Shown: piece by piece, positions 8,946 to 16,934 of the stretch
Position numbering within the stretch: the stretch's first letter is position 1
How the letters are laid out: each line of letters starts with the position of its first letter
Sequence record: DRR723986_643
Length of the DNA stretch: 64,000 nucleotides
Direction: 5' to 3' (one strand)
The notes under the pieces: model-generated
Databases searched by the model: none
What the model saw: the letters and a program-made list of their open reading frames with translations, nothing else
What the model was told of the DNA's origin: nothing
Made by a program: the position numbers and the translations under genes

Positions 8946-10667
8946 TCAGTTACGCACCCTGAAAACAAGAATGTCACCGACAAAGATCTGGAAGGTGCCA
9001 TACGCCCACTTGTGCAACACCAACTCCGGCATGAAGTTGCCGACCTCATAGCGCTGCACCAACTCCAGCGCGGGGTGCTCGTTCGCCACCGCCTGGCGAT
9101 AAAAACGGGTGTACGCCGGGGTGGTCTTGATCAGGCGTTCTGGTCGGCCGGTATAGGGACCATTGAGTTCATTGGCAAAAGCCGTGTCGTACCAGTTCTC
9201 ACTCAGCACCAGAAACTGCGCCTGGCGCAAATTGGCAGCATCGCCATCCGCATACTCGGGACGGAACAGCACGTGGTTCCGGGCAAAGTCCGCCGGCGGC
9301 GCAACATAGTAGGACATAAAGACCCGCTCGGGCTGTTCCTGCCGGTACCAGTCACGCAGGGCGACGCGCGGGTCGGTGTGGAAATCGCTGGCCAGGTCAT
9401 AGGCGAGGAGCGCCGGCCACAGCAGGAACAGGCCCAGCGCCCAGGGTTTCGAAGACCAGCGCAGTTCCCAGAACCCCAGCGCTGCCAGCAGGGCTGCTGC
9501 GGGAATAAGGGCCAGGTAGTGCCGGTAGTAGCTTACCGGCGCCAGGAAGGCCATGAACAGCAGGAACACCAGCACCGGCAGCAGGCACAGCCAGGCCCGG
9601 GCCCGCGATCTGTCGCGAACCAGGTAGCGAACGCCGGCGGGCAGGCAGGCGCAGGCGGGAATACCCAGCCCCACCACCAGCACCGCAACCACATTGAAAG
9701 GGTTGCGCAACCACTTGTTCCAGCCAATCGCCGCATAACCGGTACCGAAATTGCTGTCCATCTGGCCGGTGGTGAAATCAGCGAACAGGCCGACCCGGCT
9801 GAGCCCGAACGCCAGCAGCGGCACCGCCAGCCACAGGACGATCATGGGCCGCGGCACCTGACGCCAGGGAATGACCAGGTAAAACAGGGCCAGCAACGGA
9901 TACCACCCCGTGGCCTGGAACGCGCGGTTGGTGACCAGGCCGAACAACACACACAGCGCGAGCACCAGCAGCACCAGCCGCCGGCGGTCGAAACCCGTAG
10001 ACGCATATTCCCATGCGCGAACCGGAACAATCGAGGCGTAGGCGAACAGGGCAAACAGCCAGTACTTGGCCCAGACTGCCGGCACCAGCAATAGCGGACT
10101 CAACACCAGCAATGCGCGCTTGCCACGGGATACGGCGAATGCCAGCACCAACAGGAACAGATAGATATAGAACACCGAGGGCGCGTCCACCGTCCCGCTG
10201 TGGGATTCACTGAGGTGGAAGCCCGAGAACGCGAGTAAAGCCGCAGCGGTCAACCCTACCGACGGACGCCCCGGCACCAGCACCCAGCCCAACAGGCACA
10301 GCAAGAGCACAGTGGCCGCGCCGAGTACCGCGGAGTAGCTGCGCGCCACCAGAATATGGTCCGCACTGTGGCAAAAACCACGGGCGGCGGCCTGGTTGCC
10401 ATAGCTGCCGGGGGCAGGTTCGTGGCCGAGTGCAGCGGCAATCGCAAGGGTCTGGCGACCGATGAAGGTCGAGTAATCAAAGCCACCGAGGGCCGCGCGG
10501 CAGGAACCCGCCTCGTCGAAATTGATCAGGGTAAAACTGCCCGGACTATCCCAGTTCCAGCCGACAGTCTGGGCGCTGTAAAGTCGCGGCACCAGGGCCA
10601 GCACAAACACCAGGAGCAGCAAGGCCCAGTGGCGTGCGCCGATGTGAACGAACGAACTGCTGTGCAT
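8946..10667 (-). CDS. GT-C (ArnT/PMT-like) polyprenol-P-sugar-dependent glycosyltransferase
   Basis: DE motif after the first TM (INFDEAGS), many TM helices, soluble C-terminal domain; stop codon abuts the gtrA start. Confidence 0.7.
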   Translation of the reverse strand: MHSSSFVHIGARHWALLLLVFVLALVPRLYSAQTVGWNWDSPGSFTLINFDEAGSCRAALGGFDYSTFIGRQTLAIAAALGHEPAPGSYGNQAAARGFCHSADHILVARSYSAVLGAATVLLLCLLGWVLVPGRPSVGLTAAALLAFSGFHLSESHSGTVDAPSVFYIYLFLLVLAFAVSRGKRALLVLSPLLLVPAVWAKYWLFALFAYASIVPVRAWEYASTGFDRRRLVLLVLALCVLFGLVTNRAFQATGWYPLLALFYLVIPWRQVPRPMIVLWLAVPLLAFGLSRVGLFADFTTGQMDSNFGTGYAAIGWNKWLRNPFNVVAVLVVGLGIPACACLPAGVRYLVRDRSRARAWLCLLPVLVFLLFMAFLAPVSYYRHYLALIPAAALLAALGFWELRWSSKPWALGLFLLWPALLAYDLASDFHTDPRVALRDWYRQEQPERVFMSYYVAPPADFARNHVLFRPEYADGDAANLRQAQFLVLSENWYDTAFANELNGPYTGRPERLIKTTPAYTRFYRQAVANEHPALELVQRYEVGNFMPELVLHKWAYGTFQIFVGDILVFRVRN

Positions 10668-10741
10668 GGATTACCCGCAAGTGCCTTTCCCCGGCGTCAG
10701 TATCCCTGCTGTCCGGTCAGAAATAAACCGCGGCAGGGGGA

Positions 10742-12109
10742 TTAGCCCAGGAAGGCAATCCCCAGGTAGCCCAGGGCGGCCAGCCCGGCGGCAAACAGGG
10801 CGTAGGGCAGCTGGGTAATGGCATGCTCGTAAGGGGCACAGCCTGCACCCTGGGCTGTGAGCACGGTAGAGTCACTGTAAAAGCAGGCCTGGCTGCCGAA
10901 GCCGCTGGCGGAGAACAGCGCACCAGCCATCAGCGCGACACTCACATCCAGCTCCATGGCCAGCGGGAACACGACCGGCATGGCGATAGCAAACACACCC
11001 CAGTTCGAGCCGGTGGTAAAGGACACAAAGGCCATGGTGATAAAGGTCAGGATAGGCAGCAGGGTGGGCGTCATGTACGGCGCCACAGTGCGAATCACGT
11101 AGTCGGTCATACCGATCGCGTTGTTGGCCTCGATAAAGGTAAACACGGCTATCAGGATAGTCAGTACCGGCACCATCACCCGCAAGCCTTCGATCAGGGT
11201 GTCGAACATCTCGCCCGCCGGCATAACCCGCATTAGCTGGTATTGCACCAGGGTAACCAGCAGGCCCGCCATCACCCCGATCAGCAGATCGATATCAAAC
11301 CAGACCGTAAAGAAAATCAGCGCGCCCAGCGGCAGGAAAAACAGCGAAGCGCGCGCCTCGCTGCCGTCGCCGACCTCATAGGTGTCGCGCATTTCCAGGT
11401 GCTCCGATCCTGTGGGCACCACTTGACCGGTGGACTCGGCGCGCTCCTCCGCCAGCCGCATCTTGCCCCACAGGGGAATCACACCGAGGATCACCAGGGG
11501 GACGATGAGCACGGCTATCCAGGGGTAAAACATGTAGGGAATGGCCTGGATAAAAACCTGGATGCCCTCCCCGTCGCCGGCGACCCCGTTCTTTTCCAGC
11601 AGGCCCGCAAAGTAAACCGCCCAGGTAGAAATGGGGATAATCAGGCAGATTGGTGCCGCCGTGGAGTCGACCACGTAGGCCAGCATTTCGCGGGAAGTAC
11701 GGTATTTGTCTGTCACCGCTTTCATGGTTGAACTCACCGTCAGTGAATTCAGGTAGTCATCGAGAAAGATCACCAGGCCCAGCGCCCAGGTCCACAACAG
11801 TCCACCGCGCTTGCTGGTAACCCGGTTGGTGACAATCCGACCGAAGGCGTAGGCGCCACCCCCCTTGACCACCAGCGCAATAAACGAACCATACAGCGCA
11901 CAGACCAGCAAAACCCAGGCGGTATCGCGGTCCTGCATAACCGTGATCAACGCTTCCGACAGGTCACCGAGAAAGCCCCAGCCGGAAGTGATTATGAAAG
12001 CGACGACTGCGCCGGCGACGACCGATTCCACCGTGCGGTGGCTCCAGATCGCCAGGCCCAGGACCACGGCCGTCGGGAGCAGGCTGATTATCCCGTAGTC
12101 AGTTTCCAA
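10742..12109 (-). CDS. NhaC-family antiporter / amino-acid or amine transporter
   Basis: IFLDDYLNSL, SREMLAYVVDSTAAPIC, SFTTGSNWG, YSDSTVLT, HAITQLPYA motifs; TTG start. Confidence 0.85.
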   Translation of the reverse strand: METDYGIISLLPTAVVLGLAIWSHRTVESVVAGAVVAFIITSGWGFLGDLSEALITVMQDRDTAWVLLVCALYGSFIALVVKGGGAYAFGRIVTNRVTSKRGGLLWTWALGLVIFLDDYLNSLTVSSTMKAVTDKYRTSREMLAYVVDSTAAPICLIIPISTWAVYFAGLLEKNGVAGDGEGIQVFIQAIPYMFYPWIAVLIVPLVILGVIPLWGKMRLAEERAESTGQVVPTGSEHLEMRDTYEVGDGSEARASLFFLPLGALIFFTVWFDIDLLIGVMAGLLVTLVQYQLMRVMPAGEMFDTLIEGLRVMVPVLTILIAVFTFIEANNAIGMTDYVIRTVAPYMTPTLLPILTFITMAFVSFTTGSNWGVFAIAMPVVFPLAMELDVSVALMAGALFSASGFGSQACFYSDSTVLTAQGAGCAPYEHAITQLPYALFAAGLAALGYLGIAFLG

Positions 12110-12344
12110 TCACTCGCTCCCCTCTGCACAAAATCCGATTTAGCCACACCACCCCGAACCAGGGTTGGCAAAGCCGAAGCCAGACATTCTGCACCCTATC
12201 AAATCGCCGGGCGATCAAAATATTCACACTTGGCGCAAATGTCTTTCGGTCACGCACCCTGGCAAGCAACGGCGCAGTTCGCTTCGCTATCTCGCCCGCA
12301 CGGATTGAGGCTACAATGAGGCGAACCGCAAGTTAGAGGATTCG

Positions 12345-12794
12345 ATGATGTTTGAAGACGAGCACCCCGCGCGCCGCGCCGCACTTCTCTCCCGCGAGTA
12401 CGTGCGCACCAAGAACCGGGAAGGCTGGCTGGGCCTGTACGCCGAGGACGCGATCATCGAGGATCCAATCGGCGTCTCCCATATAGACCCGGAAGGCAAG
12501 GGTCATCGCGGCCCCGCAGCCCGGGAAGCGTTCTGGGACAGCTTCATAGCCCCGGCCAATATCGATATCGATATCAAGGACTCCTACGCCGCCGGTAACG
12601 AGGTGGCCAACCATGTGGAAATCACCATCGTCATTCCCGCCGGCGACGGCAAGGCACTGCAGCAGAAGGTCTTCGGGGTATTCACCTACCATGTGAACGA
12701 CGAGGGTAAGCTGCTGTCCCTGCGCGGCTACTGGGAAACCGAGCACCCGCAGAACGCGATGACCGAAATCCCGTATGACGAGAACGCCGCCTGA
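12345..12794 (+). CDS. NTF2/SnoaL-like protein (ketosteroid-isomerase-like fold)
   Basis: WLGLYAEDAIIEDPIG...GKLLSLRGYW; 149 aa; AGAGG SD. Confidence 0.8.
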   Translation: MMFEDEHPARRAALLSREYVRTKNREGWLGLYAEDAIIEDPIGVSHIDPEGKGHRGPAAREAFWDSFIAPANIDIDIKDSYAAGNEVANHVEITIVIPAGDGKALQQKVFGVFTYHVNDEGKLLSLRGYWETEHPQNAMTEIPYDENAA

Positions 12795-12837
12795 ACGGCG
12801 CGGCACATCAAAGCAACGGATTAACCCGGAGAATCGG

Positions 12838-13692
12838 ATGCGACTTGCCCGAAACCTTATTGTCCTGCTGGCAAGCCTTGGCTGTACCGGCCTGGCGGCA
12901 GCCGATGCTATCAACCCGGCACTGCAGGCAGTCATCGAGAGTCGCAGCGAGGAGGACCGGGCCCGGGACGGGTCCCGCCATCCGGCCGAGACGCTCACCT
13001 TCTTCCAGGTGTCACCGGGTATGGCGGTTGCTGAAGCACTGCCGGGAGGCGGCTGGTATACCCGCGTGCTGGCCCCCTATCTCGGCGCTGAGGGCAAACT
13101 GTATGGCGTCAACTACCCCGACAAGCTGTGGCCCCTGTTTGGTTTCATGGACGAAGAGACTGTGGCGAAGCGTATCGCCCTGACCGGCGAGTTCCCCAAG
13201 CAAGTGGCGGGATTTACCGATAACGGCATTGAGGCTCAAGGCTTTACCTTCGACTCTGTGCCACCGGAGTTGGCGAGCACGGTTGACCGGGTGCTGTTGA
13301 TTCGCGCCCTGCACAACCTCAATCGGTTTGAGGAAACGGCCGGCACCCGCTCGCAGGCACTGGCCGGGGTCAGGATGATGCTCAAGCCCGATGGTCTGGT
13401 GGGTGTTGTCCAGCATCGACTGCCAGAGGACGCCGAGGCAAGCGGCGCTGATGGCAGCCGCGGCTACCTGAAGCAGTCTGAGGTCATCCGCTTCTTCGAG
13501 CAGGCGGGCTTCGAACTGGTTGCAAGCAGTGAAATCAATGCCAATGCCAAGGACCGGCCCGGCGCCGACGAATCCGTGTGGCGCCTGCCACCCAGCTTCA
13601 GTGGCAGCAAGGATGATCCGGAGCGCCGCGCCGCGATGGCCGCGATCGGCGAATCCGACAGGATGACCCTGCTATTCAAGAAGGCTTCCTGA
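12838..13692 (+). CDS. Exported class I SAM-dependent methyltransferase-like protein
   Basis: Signal peptide; RHPAETLTFF, EALPGGGWYT, RALHN, LKPDGLVGVVQHR, SEINANAKD, IGESDRMTLLF; ATG 12838 follows GGAGA. Confidence 0.8.
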   Translation: MRLARNLIVLLASLGCTGLAAADAINPALQAVIESRSEEDRARDGSRHPAETLTFFQVSPGMAVAEALPGGGWYTRVLAPYLGAEGKLYGVNYPDKLWPLFGFMDEETVAKRIALTGEFPKQVAGFTDNGIEAQGFTFDSVPPELASTVDRVLLIRALHNLNRFEETAGTRSQALAGVRMMLKPDGLVGVVQHRLPEDAEASGADGSRGYLKQSEVIRFFEQAGFELVASSEINANAKDRPGADESVWRLPPSFSGSKDDPERRAAMAAIGESDRMTLLFKKAS

Positions 13693-13758
13693 ACCGGCAC
13701 AAGGCAAGCCCCGCAATCAGCTCGATCGACTGAGCGTACAGCGCGCCGCGGCACAGGG

Positions 13759-14778
13759 TCACACCAGGTAGTCACCGGTCATCGCTTCAGCTACCGACCA
13801 TAGCTGCCTGGCCATTTCGCGGTCACCCATGTGGTGGGCACCGCTGACCTGGACCGGATTGCAATCCTCGAAGTAAGCCCCGGTCACGCCTTCCAGGCGC
13901 GGACTGGTGGCCACGTAAAGCTGGGTTGCCGCCCCTTCCGCCGGGGACTTCGCAATCACCCCGCCAAACAAATCGAAGGCCGAGCGGATCAGGGCCGGGG
14001 CGGTGCGGGCGATATTGGTCTTAACCAGTCCCGGGTGGATGGCATTGGAGGTGAGGGGCGTATTCTGCAGCCGCTCAGCCAGTTCCAGGGAAAACAGGGC
14101 ATTGGCCAGCTTGGAGCGACCATAGGCTTCCCCCGAATCAAACACCTTCTCACCGCGCAGGTTGTCGAAGTCGATACCCACCGCCGGCGCCTGCCGATAG
14201 CCCGACCGGCTGCTCACATGGACGATCCGGCCGGCGCCGGCTGCCAGCATCGCAGGCAGCAGTCGATTGACCAGGACAAAGTGCCCGAGGAAATTCACCA
14301 CAAAGATTTTCTCGATGCCGTTCACCAGCTCGAGCTCACCGAAGGTATTGATACCGGCATTGCAAATCACCGTATCGGGGACCAGGCCGAGCTCTGCCAC
14401 AGCCGCCGCACAGTCCACGGCGGACTGGAAATCCGCCAGCTCCAGGGCAAGCGGCGTGGCTTTGCCGACAACACTGGCGCAGGCCTCGCGGGCTTTTTCC
14501 AGGGTGCGCCCGGTGCCGAGCACGTGCGCACCGCGCAGTGCCAGTACCCGCATGGTCTCGTAGCCGAGGCCGGAATTGCAGCCGGTAACCAGCGCCACCC
14601 GACCGCTCAGGTCCAGCCCCTCGGTGACTTCTTCGCCCGTGGATTCCGCCCCGAAGGGCCCGGTCGGCAAACTCTGGTCAATGGTAACCACGTGTTGTTC
14701 GCCACCACAGCCGGGCAGTGCCGCCCCCGCGGTGACCGCGGCGCCCGCCAGCAGGGCTTGCCTTCGATTCAGTGCCAT
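13759..14778 (-). CDS. Short-chain dehydrogenase/reductase (retinol-DH/WWOX-like) with Tat-lipoprotein signal
   Basis: NRRQALL...LPGC; TGCNSGLG, NAG, VSS, YGRSK; GGAGG SD before ATG 14778. Confidence 0.88.
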   Translation of the reverse strand: MALNRRQALLAGAAVTAGAALPGCGGEQHVVTIDQSLPTGPFGAESTGEEVTEGLDLSGRVALVTGCNSGLGYETMRVLALRGAHVLGTGRTLEKAREACASVVGKATPLALELADFQSAVDCAAAVAELGLVPDTVICNAGINTFGELELVNGIEKIFVVNFLGHFVLVNRLLPAMLAAGAGRIVHVSSRSGYRQAPAVGIDFDNLRGEKVFDSGEAYGRSKLANALFSLELAERLQNTPLTSNAIHPGLVKTNIARTAPALIRSAFDLFGGVIAKSPAEGAATQLYVATSPRLEGVTGAYFEDCNPVQVSGAHHMGDREMARQLWSVAEAMTGDYLV

Positions 14779-14900
14779 CCGCAATTCCCTCCATCTTTAA
14801 CTGTCACCCAGTGTAGGCCACCCGGGGACCGCTGCGCCACGACAGACGCGCCGGCACAAGGTCCCGGGCGGTTGTCCGCGCCAGCCCGGCTGCACTAGAT

Positions 14901-14915
14901 ATAACGAAAAGCTAT
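14901..14915. promoter_or_regulatory. LysR-type T-N11-A dyad upstream of the sRNA candidate
   Basis: ATAACGAAAAGCTAT in a very AT-rich patch (14897-14950), centred about 76 nt upstream of the predicted TSS. Confidence 0.4.
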
Positions 14916-14949
14916 TTGATGAAATAATAAAATATCATGGGGTTATTTC

Positions 14950-14977
14950 TTGCCCTTCGACCAACGCGTCCTATACT
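14950..14977 (+). promoter_or_regulatory. sigma70-type promoter
   Basis: TTGCCC (14950-55), 16-nt spacer, TATACT (14972-77); predicted TSS about 14984. Confidence 0.55.
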
Positions 14978-14983
14978 CAGATC

Positions 14984-15195
14984 GTGGTGAGCAGACGTGA
15001 ACATGCATGGGGTGCTTCACGGTCGGTTAACGCCGCCACCATTTGGGGAGACGCAGGCGGGCATTTGTCAGATGTGCCCTCCGGCCAGGGGGACGTGATC
15101 CGGTAGCGGGCCGGAGCTTTAAAACCCGGGCAAACAACAAAAAATAGTGCCTTGCCCCTGAAACGCCATCACAGTTATCTGCGATGGCGTTTTTT
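14984..15195 (+). ncRNA. Candidate structured small RNA (~210 nt), family not recognised
   Basis: Own promoter and terminator; five consecutive stems readable by eye (GTGGTG/CGCCAC enclosing CGTGAA/TTCACG; GGGCA/TGCCC; CTCCGGCC/GGCCGGAG; GGGCAA/TTGCCC with A-rich loop; terminator); no convincing ORF. Confidence 0.6.
15161..15195 (+). terminator. Rho-independent terminator
   Basis: AAACGCCATCACAG-TTAT-CTGCGATGGCGTTT (13/14 pairs) ending in a T6 tract. Confidence 0.8.
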
Positions 15196-15306
15196 CTATG
15201 CACCAACAACGTGCAACACCCCATCCACTCCAGAATGCGCTATTCTTCGCCTCCAAAGCCGATAAACCGCCACGCGCGGGACAAATAAAGGCCGGAAAGG
15301 GGACTC

Positions 15307-16929
15307 ATGGCAAGCATCGATTATTTACTGAGCGAGATTGAAGCGGCGCCCGATGGCCCAGAGGTGGCGGCGATATTCGATTTCGACGGCACAATCATCG
15401 CCGGCTATTCGGCCACCGTGTTCATCCGCGAACAGCTCAAGCGCGGCGACCTGTCACCGCGGGAGTTCGTCGAGTTGATGTCGGCCATGGCCAACTTCGG
15501 CCTCGGCAATCTCGGATTCTCCGGCATGATGGCGGTCAATGCCCAGTTCATGCGCGGGATCGAGGAACAAACCTATATCGATGTCGGCGAAGAGCTCTAC
15601 ACCCGGCAAATTGCGCGCCTGATCTATCCCGAATCCCGGGCACTGGTGGACGCGCACCTCGCCAAGGGACACACGGTGAGCATCATCTCCTCCGCCACCC
15701 CCTACCAGGTGGAGCCGGCAGCCCGCGACCTCGGCATCGACCATGTCCTGTGCACCCATCTCGAGGTCACGAAGGGCAAATTCACCGGCGGGGTCGTGAA
15801 GCCGACCTGCTTCGGCCAGGGCAAGGTGGATGCCGCAGAATCCCTGGCTGACGCGGAAGGCTCCGACCTCGACCAGAGCTTCTTTTACTCCGACAGCACC
15901 GACGACCTGCTCCTGCTCGAGCGTGTCGGCCAGCCCTGCGCCCTGAACCCAAGCAGCAAGCTGCGCGCTATCGCCCGTGATCGCGGCTGGCCCATTGCCA
16001 GCTTCGGCAGCCGTGGCCGACCAAGCGTTGGCCAGTTCGTGCGTTCGGTGGCGGCGACAGTCAGCCTGGTACCCAGCTTTGCCGCCGGCCTGCCAATTTA
16101 TGCCCTCACCGGCTCCCGCCGGGACTCGCAGAACTTCTCCTTCTCCCTGTTCGCCGATACCGCCAGTGCACTGATCGGCCTGGACCTTAACGTCGAGGGG
16201 GAGGAACACCTGTGGTCCCACCGCCCGGCAGTCTTCGTGTTCAATCACCAGAGCAAGGCTGACGTGGTGATTTGCGCCCGCTTGCTGCGCCGCGACCTGG
16301 CGGGGGTTGGCAAGCAGGAGATCAAGAAAATGCCGGTCATCGGCAAGGTTTTGGAGATGGGCGGCGTGGTGATGATCGACCGCGCCAATGCACAGAGCGC
16401 TATCGAAGCGATGACCCCGCTGGTCGACGCCATGCGCAAGGAAGGCAAGTCCGTTGTCCTGGCACCGGAAGGCACCCGCACCATTTCGCCGCGCCTGGGG
16501 CCGTTCAAGAAAGGGGCGTTTCACCTCGCCCTGCAGGCCGGGGTACCCATCGTGCCCATCGTGATTCGCAATGCCGGGGATGTCGCCCCGAAGGGGGATT
16601 TTGTCTTCCGTCCGGCAACGGTCGACGTCGAGGTCCTGCCGCCGGTAGAAACTACCGACTGGAGCGCCGCCACGATGGATGAGCACGTACGGGAAGTGCG
16701 CAGTATGTTCCTGCGCGCCCTCGGACAACCGGAAGAACCGGCCCCGGCCAGCGCCAAAACCAAAGCGGCGGCGAAGAAAAAGCCAGCGAGCCGCAAATCC
16801 CCCAGCAAGAAAGCCCCGGCAAACAAAAAGGCCAAGGCCGCTGCTGGCCGCAAGTCCGGGACCCCGGCCAGGAAACGCGCAGCACGCACGCCGCCCAAGG
16901 CCAAACCCAAGTTGAAGTCTGCTGACTGA
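15307..16929 (+). CDS. HAD-IB hydrolase / lysophospholipid acyltransferase (PlsC-type) fusion with Lys/Ala/Pro-rich tail
   Basis: HAD motif IFDFDGT and YSDSTDD; acyltransferase NHQSKAD and PEGTR; basic low-complexity C-terminus. Confidence 0.88.
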   Translation: MASIDYLLSEIEAAPDGPEVAAIFDFDGTIIAGYSATVFIREQLKRGDLSPREFVELMSAMANFGLGNLGFSGMMAVNAQFMRGIEEQTYIDVGEELYTRQIARLIYPESRALVDAHLAKGHTVSIISSATPYQVEPAARDLGIDHVLCTHLEVTKGKFTGGVVKPTCFGQGKVDAAESLADAEGSDLDQSFFYSDSTDDLLLLERVGQPCALNPSSKLRAIARDRGWPIASFGSRGRPSVGQFVRSVAATVSLVPSFAAGLPIYALTGSRRDSQNFSFSLFADTASALIGLDLNVEGEEHLWSHRPAVFVFNHQSKADVVICARLLRRDLAGVGKQEIKKMPVIGKVLEMGGVVMIDRANAQSAIEAMTPLVDAMRKEGKSVVLAPEGTRTISPRLGPFKKGAFHLALQAGVPIVPIVIRNAGDVAPKGDFVFRPATVDVEVLPPVETTDWSAATMDEHVREVRSMFLRALGQPEEPAPASAKTKAAAKKKPASRKSPSKKAPANKKAKAAAGRKSGTPARKRAARTPPKAKPKLKSAD

Positions 16930-16934
16930 ATGCC

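Noticed and set aside
8226-10094. 622-aa plus-strand ORF, and similar long antisense ORFs (4333-5871, 17421-19079, 39690-41264, 54140-55750, 60769-62742)
   Set aside because: They lie opposite well-supported genes, have no recognisable motifs and show the Arg/Gln/His/Pro-rich composition typical of shadow frames in high-GC DNA
12110-12344. Possible lysine or other riboswitch upstream of the NhaC-family transporter
   Set aside because: I could not find conserved aptamer motifs or an expression-platform terminator on the minus strand
14997-15098. 33-codon ORF (GTG...TGA) inside the sRNA candidate
   Set aside because: No clear SD, the start is buried in hairpin 1 and the peptide has no recognisable features; a dual-function RNA cannot be fully excluded
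15025-15116. Resemblance to a c-di-GMP-I riboswitch (GACGCA...CCTCCGGCC...GGTAGCGGG)
   Set aside because: The GGCAAAC/GNRA tetraloop arm and the tetraloop receptor are missing, and CTCCGGCC pairs better with GGCCGGAG; an Rfam scan would settle it
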